Shown: one piece after another, positions 58,448-64,000 of the stretch
Position numbering within the stretch: position 1 is the stretch's first letter
Layout: the number at the start of each line of letters is the position of its first letter
Assembly (NCBI GenBank): GCA_963806935.1
Contig: CAWEAT010000011.1
Coordinates: forward strand, 140,347-204,346
Direction of reading: 5' to 3'
DNA length: 64,000 nt
DNA from: an uncultured Alphaproteobacteria bacterium
GTDB lineage: Bacteria; Pseudomonadota; Alphaproteobacteria; Rhizobiales; Beijerinckiaceae
Translations under genes and position numbers: made by a program
The notes under the pieces: model-generated
Databases searched by the model: none
Told to the model about the DNA's origin: nothing
The model's input: only the letters and a program-made list of their open reading frames with translations

Positions 58448-60031
58448 CTATCGCGCTGCGGACAGGAGCCGGCGGCAGGTCTGCATAAGCTCTGGAGCGG
58501 CGACGGGCTTGCTCAGAAAAATACTGTCCGGGACACGACGGCCATCGACGCTCGGCCCCGCGGAGGCATAAATCACGGAAAGCAAGGGGTGCAGCGCTCG
58601 GGCGGCTTGCGCCACATCCCACCCCGTCGTGCTGTCGGCGAGGGCAATGTCGGTGACGAGGCCATCGATGGTCTTGATTTGCGTAAGCAACTGGAACGCG
58701 CCAGCGCCGGTAGCGGTCTCCAGCACCGTCAGGGCATGATCATGAATCGTTAACATGCGAGCAAGGCGGTTCGGAACTGGGGGTTGATGGCGGCTTTGAG
58801 GCGTTTTCGCTTGATGGGGATTTGGGTTGGCTCGCGGGTGAGGATATTGAGGGCGGCGTGGCGGATCACGGCCAGATTGATTGCGGCGCAGTCCTTGCGC
58901 ATTCGGCATTCATCCTCGCGGAAAGTCACATCGAGCCGCCAATGCAAGTTGTTCTCGATGCTCCAATGCGACCGGCAAGCGGTGAGCAGCAGGGCCGGAT
59001 CGGGCGGCAGGGAGGAGATAAAGAGCCGCGTCTCGGTCGAGGTCGCGCCGGTCTTCTTGTCGGTCCGCGTTGCGCTGATCGCGACAATGGAGCGCAAATC
59101 CGCCCATCGCGGATGCCGTTCGGCGAGCCAGGCTGCGTCGGCGGCGCGGGCCAGGCGATCCTCGATCCGTCCATGCCCGGCTTCGATCCGCCGGCATTGC
59201 GGACAGGCCGAAGCGAGCGCCGGATCGGCGAAGAAATCCGCCACATCGGCGCAAAGGGAGCCCTGGTTGTTCTTCAGCGTGAGGAGGTAGTCGGCCTTTT
59301 TGGCGAGGATCGTCCTGGCGATGGCCTCTTGCGTCCCGATCGCGTCGATGGTGACGATCGCCCCTTCGATCGCCAGCATGCCGAGAAGCTCGGGGATGGC
59401 GGTGATTTCGTTGCTCTTGGCTTCGACCGCCCGGGCGGCCAGCACCAGGCCGGCCTCGTGCGCATAGGCCGACACGACATGCACGGCGCCCGCCCCGCTC
59501 TTGTCCCGCTTCGTGCCGCGCAAGGTCTTGCCGTCGATCGCCACCACGCCCGACACCTTCGCCTTGAGGCTGGCGACCCAACCCGAAAAGGCTCGCTCAA
59601 GCGCCTTCGGATCGAGCGCCCGCAGAACTCGGCGCAAGGTCTGCGCCGGCGCGACGCCATGGCGAAAGGGAAGAAACCGACGCAACCAATCAAGCTGCTC
59701 CTCGCCGAACATCGCGATCTCGTCGAAATCCTCCGTCCGGCACAAAAGACCAGTCAGAACGGTCAGCAGCACCTCGTCCAGGGGGTAAGTCGTCATTCCG
59801 GGGATGCGGTGATCCTCAACCGTCTTGATGTGATCCAAAAACGTCATGCCCATCGCCGATCTCCTGCTTCGGCGACTTGAATCCTTTTCCCCCCTCAGGG
59901 CATTAACGATTCATGATTCCGCCTGCCAGCACCGTCCATCCTTCTTGTCGAAATCCGTCGGCGAGATCCTCACGCAGGAACCAGTCATCCTCGACAACCA
60001 GCGCGGTCAGGCCTTGGAAAGCATCCCTCAT
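58448..60031 (-). pseudogene. Single-domain response regulator split by ISAs1
   Basis: 5' part MRDAFQGLTALVVEDDWFLREDLADGFRQEGWTVL joins in frame to ETATGA...LVTDIAL...GWDVA...SKP once the IS and one TSD are removed. Confidence 0.85.
58730..59925 (-). mobile_element. ISAs1-family element, copy 1; transposase ORF 58750-59853
   Basis: IRs CAGGGCATGATCATGAAT / ATTCATGATTCCGCCTG; 10-bp TSD CCAGCACCGT; AIDGKTLRG, KSNEITAIP, RSHWSIEN.LHWRLD. Confidence 0.93.
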
Positions 60032-60446
60032 AGACGAGCTCCGCCGGTGCCTAGCTGGGAGAAGGCTTCGGTGTCGAAACGCGAGAACCGGCGCGATCGT
60101 TCCGGGATCTCGCGGTCAAGGGCAGGGCGCGGCGGCTTTTCGATGACCGGCGGCGCGAAGAGGGGAACGCGGGTCGAGGAGGGTCGGCGCCCAAATTCCT
60201 AAAGGCTGCGCGGGTCCTTCCCGCCGCCCCCCCGCGCGTCGCAAGGCGGGGGTATTCCGATAATCCGGTCGCGGGACGCTCGTTGGGTCAACCTGGTCCA
60301 GCGACCCAGGGCGGATTTCTTTCCACACGCGCAACCTACGAGGCGCCCCGCCCTTGCGGCGGCGCCGCCGTTCCCCTAACCGACCGACTGAAGCGGGGGC
60401 AGGGCGCGAGCGACCACCCGCGCACCCTCCCTAATTTGAAGACCCC

Positions 60447-61517
60447 ATGATCTCAGCCCTCCGACCCCGCCGCCTGACCGGCCCCCAAGCTCTCATCGAC
60501 GCGGGGCTGGCGGCGCCGGCGCAGCTCGCCGAACTCGCGGCGATCGCCGATCGCTACGCCATCGCGCTGACCCCGGCCTTCGCCGCCCTCATCCGGCCCA
60601 AGGATCCCGCTGACCCGATCGCGCGTCAGTTCGTGCCCGACCCGCGCGAACTCATCCGCGACCCCGCCGAGCGGGACGATCCGATCGGCGACGACGCCAT
60701 GAGCCCCGTGAAGGGTTTGGTGCACCGCTATCCCGATCGCGTGCTGATCAAGCTCGTCGCCGTTTGCGCGGTCTATTGCCGCTTCTGCTTTCGCCGCGAG
60801 CGGGTGGGTCCGGGTTCGGGGTCGCTCAGCGCGGCTGACTTCGCCGCGGCGCTGGAGTACGTGCGCGGCCGCCCGGGGATTTGGGAGGTCATACTCACCG
60901 GCGGCGATCCCCTGACTCTGTCGCCGCGCCGCATCGCCGAGGCGACCAAGGCGCTCGCGGCGATCCCTCATGTTAAGGTGCTGCGCTGGCACACGCGCAT
61001 GCCCGTCGCCGCGCCGGAGCAGGTGACGAAAGCGGTGGCGCGCGCTCTCAGGGTCGAAGGCAAGACGACGGTGGTCGCGGTTCACGCCAACCATCCGCGC
61101 GAACTCACCCAAAGCGCCCGCGCCGCCTGCCGTCGCCTGGCTGGCCAAGGCGCAATGCTGGTCAGCCAGAGCGTCCTGTTGAAGGGGGTCAATGACGATG
61201 CTGAAACACTCATCGATCTGATGCGCGCTTTCGTCGAGGCGGGTGTCAAGCCTTACTATCTCCATCACGGCGACCTCGCGCCGGGCACCGCGCACTGGCG
61301 CGTTCCGATCGCCAGGGGGCAGGAGTTGATGCGGATCTTGCGCGCCCGTCTGTCGGGGCTGGCGGCGCCGAACTACATGCTCGACATCCCCGGGGGCCAT
61401 GGCAAGGCGCCGATCGGGCCGCAATGGATTCATGGCGGCGGCAACGGAGAGCATGTCGTCACCGACCCTCAGGGAGTTGAACACGTTTACGCCGATCGGC
61501 TGGGCGCGGACGGATAG
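60447..61517 (+). CDS. KamA/EpmB-family radical SAM enzyme (lysine 2,3-aminomutase-like)
   Basis: HRYPDRVL, CAVYCRFCFRR, ILTGGDPL, QSVLLKGVND, PYYLHH, DIPGGHGKAP. Confidence 0.9.
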   Translation: MISALRPRRLTGPQALIDAGLAAPAQLAELAAIADRYAIALTPAFAALIRPKDPADPIARQFVPDPRELIRDPAERDDPIGDDAMSPVKGLVHRYPDRVLIKLVAVCAVYCRFCFRRERVGPGSGSLSAADFAAALEYVRGRPGIWEVILTGGDPLTLSPRRIAEATKALAAIPHVKVLRWHTRMPVAAPEQVTKAVARALRVEGKTTVVAVHANHPRELTQSARAACRRLAGQGAMLVSQSVLLKGVNDDAETLIDLMRAFVEAGVKPYYLHHGDLAPGTAHWRVPIARGQELMRILRARLSGLAAPNYMLDIPGGHGKAPIGPQWIHGGGNGEHVVTDPQGVEHVYADRLGADG

Positions 61518-61894
61518 CCTCGGTTCTTCAGATTGCAGCACTTGCCCAGCAATCAAGGGACGACACAAATTGAGCGCCCGCCGGGCGCCCCCTTGAGCCA
61601 CGGTCTTCGCACCCCGCCCGCGCCAAGGGATAGAGGATGAACCCGACGTTATAGGCCAGCAAGGCGGCCAACGAGCCTAGAGCCTGGCTTACCTTTGGAT
61701 TGACGCGCCCGGCGATTGACGCCTCGTCCTGGCGCGGCCGTTCACGCCTTGCGCCTCCATTTCGCGACGGGTCCGGGCGTCGGATCGGGCGCGCCGCGCA
61801 GCCTTGGCCCCGTCACGGATCCCGGGACAACCAGGGCGCGAGCCTCCGCGACAGCCACTGAAAACAAAACGCTCGCAAACGCTAGTAAACGGGC

Positions 61895-61934
61895 ATAAAC
61901 GTTAGTAAAATAGCTTGCATTTACTAACGTTTAT
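61895..61934. repeat. Perfect 15-bp AT-rich inverted repeat
   Basis: ATAAACGTTAGTAAA-10nt-TTTACTAACGTTTAT. Confidence 0.85.
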
Positions 61935-62100
61935 TTTTGCGAATCGAGCTTTTTCAAGGGGTTGCGAGCGATCCAAATAAAAAATTTCTTCCTCGCTTCC
62001 CGGCTCGCGCGCCGGTTGTGGTTGAGCCAGCCTTTTCAAATAGCCGCGGCTTCTTCCCCGTCAGCCTGGCTGACCGGGCGCAAGATAGGACTCCGTAGAA

Positions 62101-62132
62101 GAACATATAGAGAACATTACTGCTCTTGTCAA
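62101..62132 (-). promoter_or_regulatory. Leftward sigma70-type promoter overlapped by a LexA box
   Basis: Minus strand TTGACA-17nt-TATATG; GAAC-ATATAGA-GAAC at 62101-62115. Confidence 0.6.
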
Positions 62133-62144
62133 GGGAAAAGTCCC

Positions 62145-63341
62145 CAGGGCATGATCATGAATCGTTAACATGCGAGCAAGGCGGTTCGGAACTGGGGGTT
62201 GATGGCGGCTTTGAGGCGTTTTCGCTTGATGGGGATTTGGGTTGGCTCGCGGGTGAGGATATTGAGGGCGGCGTGGCGGATCACGGCCAGATTGATTGCG
62301 GCGCAGTCCTTGCGCATTCGGCATTCATCCTCGCGGAAAGTCACATCGAGCCGCCAATGCAAGTTGTTCTCGATGCTCCAATGCGACCGGCAAGCGGTGA
62401 GCAGCAGGGCCGGATCGGGCGGCAGGGAGGAGATAAAGAGCCGCGTCTCGGTCGAGGTCGCGCCGGTCTTCTTGTCGGTCCGCGTTGCGCTGATCGCGAC
62501 AATGGAGCGCAAATCCGCCCATCGCGGATGCCGTTCGGCGAGCCAGGCTGCGTCGGCGGCGCGGGCCAGGCGATCCTCGATCCGTCCATGCCCGGCTTCG
62601 ATCCGCCGGCATTGCGGACAGGCCGAAGCGAGCGCCGGATCGGCGAAGAAATCCGCCACATCGGCGCAAAGGGAGCCCTGGTTGTTCTTCAGCGTGAGGA
62701 GGTAGTCGGCCTTTTTGGCGAGGATCGTCCTGGCGATGGCCTCTTGCGTCCCGATCGCGTCGATGGTGACGATCGCCCCTTCGATCGCCAGCATGCCGAG
62801 AAGCTCGGGGATGGCGGTGATTTCGTTGCTCTTGGCTTCGACCGCCCGGGCGGCCAGCACCAGGCCGGCCTCGTGCGCATAGGCCGACACGACATGCACG
62901 GCGCCCGCCCCGCTCTTGTCCCGCTTCGTGCCGCGCAAGGTCTTGCCGTCGATCGCCACCACGCCCGACACCTTCGCCTTGAGGCTGGCGACCCAACCCG
63001 AAAAGGCTCGCTCAAGCGCCTTCGGATCGAGCGCCCGCAGAACTCGGCGCAAGGTCTGCGCCGGCGCGACGCCATGGCGAAAGGGAAGAAACCGACGCAA
63101 CCAATCAAGCTGCTCCTCGCCGAACATCGCGATCTCGTCGAAATCCTCCGTCCGGCACAAAAGACCAGTCAGAACGGTCAGCAGCACCTCGTCCAGGGGG
63201 TAAGTCGTCATTCCGGGGATGCGGTGATCCTCAACCGTCTTGATGTGATCCAAAAACGTCATGCCCATCGCCGATCTCCTGCTTCGGCGACTTAAATCCT
63301 TTTCCCCCCTCAGGGCATTAACAATTCATGATTCCGCCCTG
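62145..63341 (-). mobile_element. ISAs1-family element, copy 2; transposase ORF 62165-63268
   Basis: Same IRs; 10-bp TSD GAAAAGTCCC; protein identical to copy 1. Confidence 0.94.
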
Positions 63342-63708
63342 GAAAAGTCCCTTCCCGACCGGCGCGCGCCGACGGGGGCCGGGGCCGTCTTGAGAGCCGT
63401 TTGACCGGGAAGGCTTCGCCCCTTCCCGCCGCGCCGGATACAAAGCTCCCCGAGCGGGCGCCCCGTCTCGGCTCGACCCAAAAGCAGGAGAGCCTTGGAC
63501 TTGATGGTCCGCGCTGGCGGCGGCGCGTGTGTGCGACGCGTCCCTTCCATGCGAAATGGCGGCGATCGCCGTCAGGCGATGCGGGTTCGGCGGCTCCCAG
63601 CTCCAAAGAATGAGCTCGCCGTTCTCGCCGCCTTTCTTCCGGCCAGCACAGTGCCTGAACTGTGCCTTCTTCGGCATCCCCTCGATTCAGCGAAACCAAA
63701 TCTCGCTT

Positions 63709-64000
63709 TTAAAGTCGCTTCTCGAACCAGTGATCGGCGTACGGATTGTCATTGAAGCGGGGGATCTCCCGGTAGCCTTCGCTCCGGTAAAGCGCATGGG
63801 CTTCGGTTAGCGCCCGGTTGGTGTCCAGGCGAAGCACCTTCAGCCCTGCTTCGCGGGCCGTAGCTTCAAGCATTCGGATCACCCGGCGCGCGACGCCCAG
63901 TCCCCGGGCGCTCGGGGCGGTCCAGACCCGCTTGATTTCTCCCGTCGCCTTGCCGGCGCGCTTGAGGGCGCCGCATCCGACCGCCTCGCCGTCCAACCGG
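63709..64000 (-). CDS. GNAT acetyltransferase C-terminal part (runs off window edge)
   Basis: VGCGALK...GEIKRVWTAP.ARGLGVARR...LRLDTN..L.EA.ALY...GY. Confidence 0.8.
   Translation of the reverse strand, partial: RLDGEAVGCGALKRAGKATGEIKRVWTAPSARGLGVARRVIRMLEATAREAGLKVLRLDTNRALTEAHALYRSEGYREIPRFNDNPYADHWFEKRL

Noticed and set aside
60040-60440. GC-rich hairpins upstream of the KamA/EpmB gene as a riboswitch
   Set aside because: No recognisable aptamer consensus; hairpins are common at this GC content
63310-63700. Short ORFs between ISAs1 and the GNAT gene
   Set aside because: No motifs, RBS or codon pattern supporting any of the overlapping frames

Overview
High-GC alphaproteobacterial chromosome segment, probably Hyphomicrobiales (Roseiarcus/Beijerinckiaceae-like; this taxonomy is an impression only). 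Bases 1-18.8 kb are core genome: a DUF2282/bufferin-type precursor, acyl-CoA synthetase, der, YfgM-like protein, HiPIP, pccA/pccB, ATP12, RluA-family synthase, GST, a LexA-boxed small membrane ORF, dnaE and tRNA-Gln(CTG). An accessory region starts right after the tRNA. It holds a broken DUF6538 tyrosine integrase, a tandem array of orphan ABC-type solute-binding proteins leading into a Cache-HAMP-GAF histidine kinase and response regulator, and an exact tandem dimer of a tyrosine-recombinase + IS91-type (Y2) transposase element. IS3, IS256 and IS481 copies and remnants follow. Next is an intact ~11 kb reduced-sulfur module: SqrR/BigR-like ArsR, YeiH, DsrE, TusA, a Tat-exported DsrE-like protein, a ModA-like binding protein, two YeeE proteins, a five-heme triheme-cytochrome::TsdA fusion, TauE and type I SQR, with a decayed rhodanese cut off by IS1595 and IS21. 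A fossil form II RuBisCO/Rpe fragment lies inside this module. The right end has groESL with CIRCE, an HWE kinase, an ISAs1-disrupted response regulator, a KamA/EpmB enzyme, an orphan LexA-boxed promoter, a second ISAs1 and a partial GNAT. Single-base frameshifts in essential genes (der, dnaE) point to indel errors in the assembly, so isolated frameshifts are not treated as real pseudogenes. All calls come from motif recognition by eye; no database searches were run.
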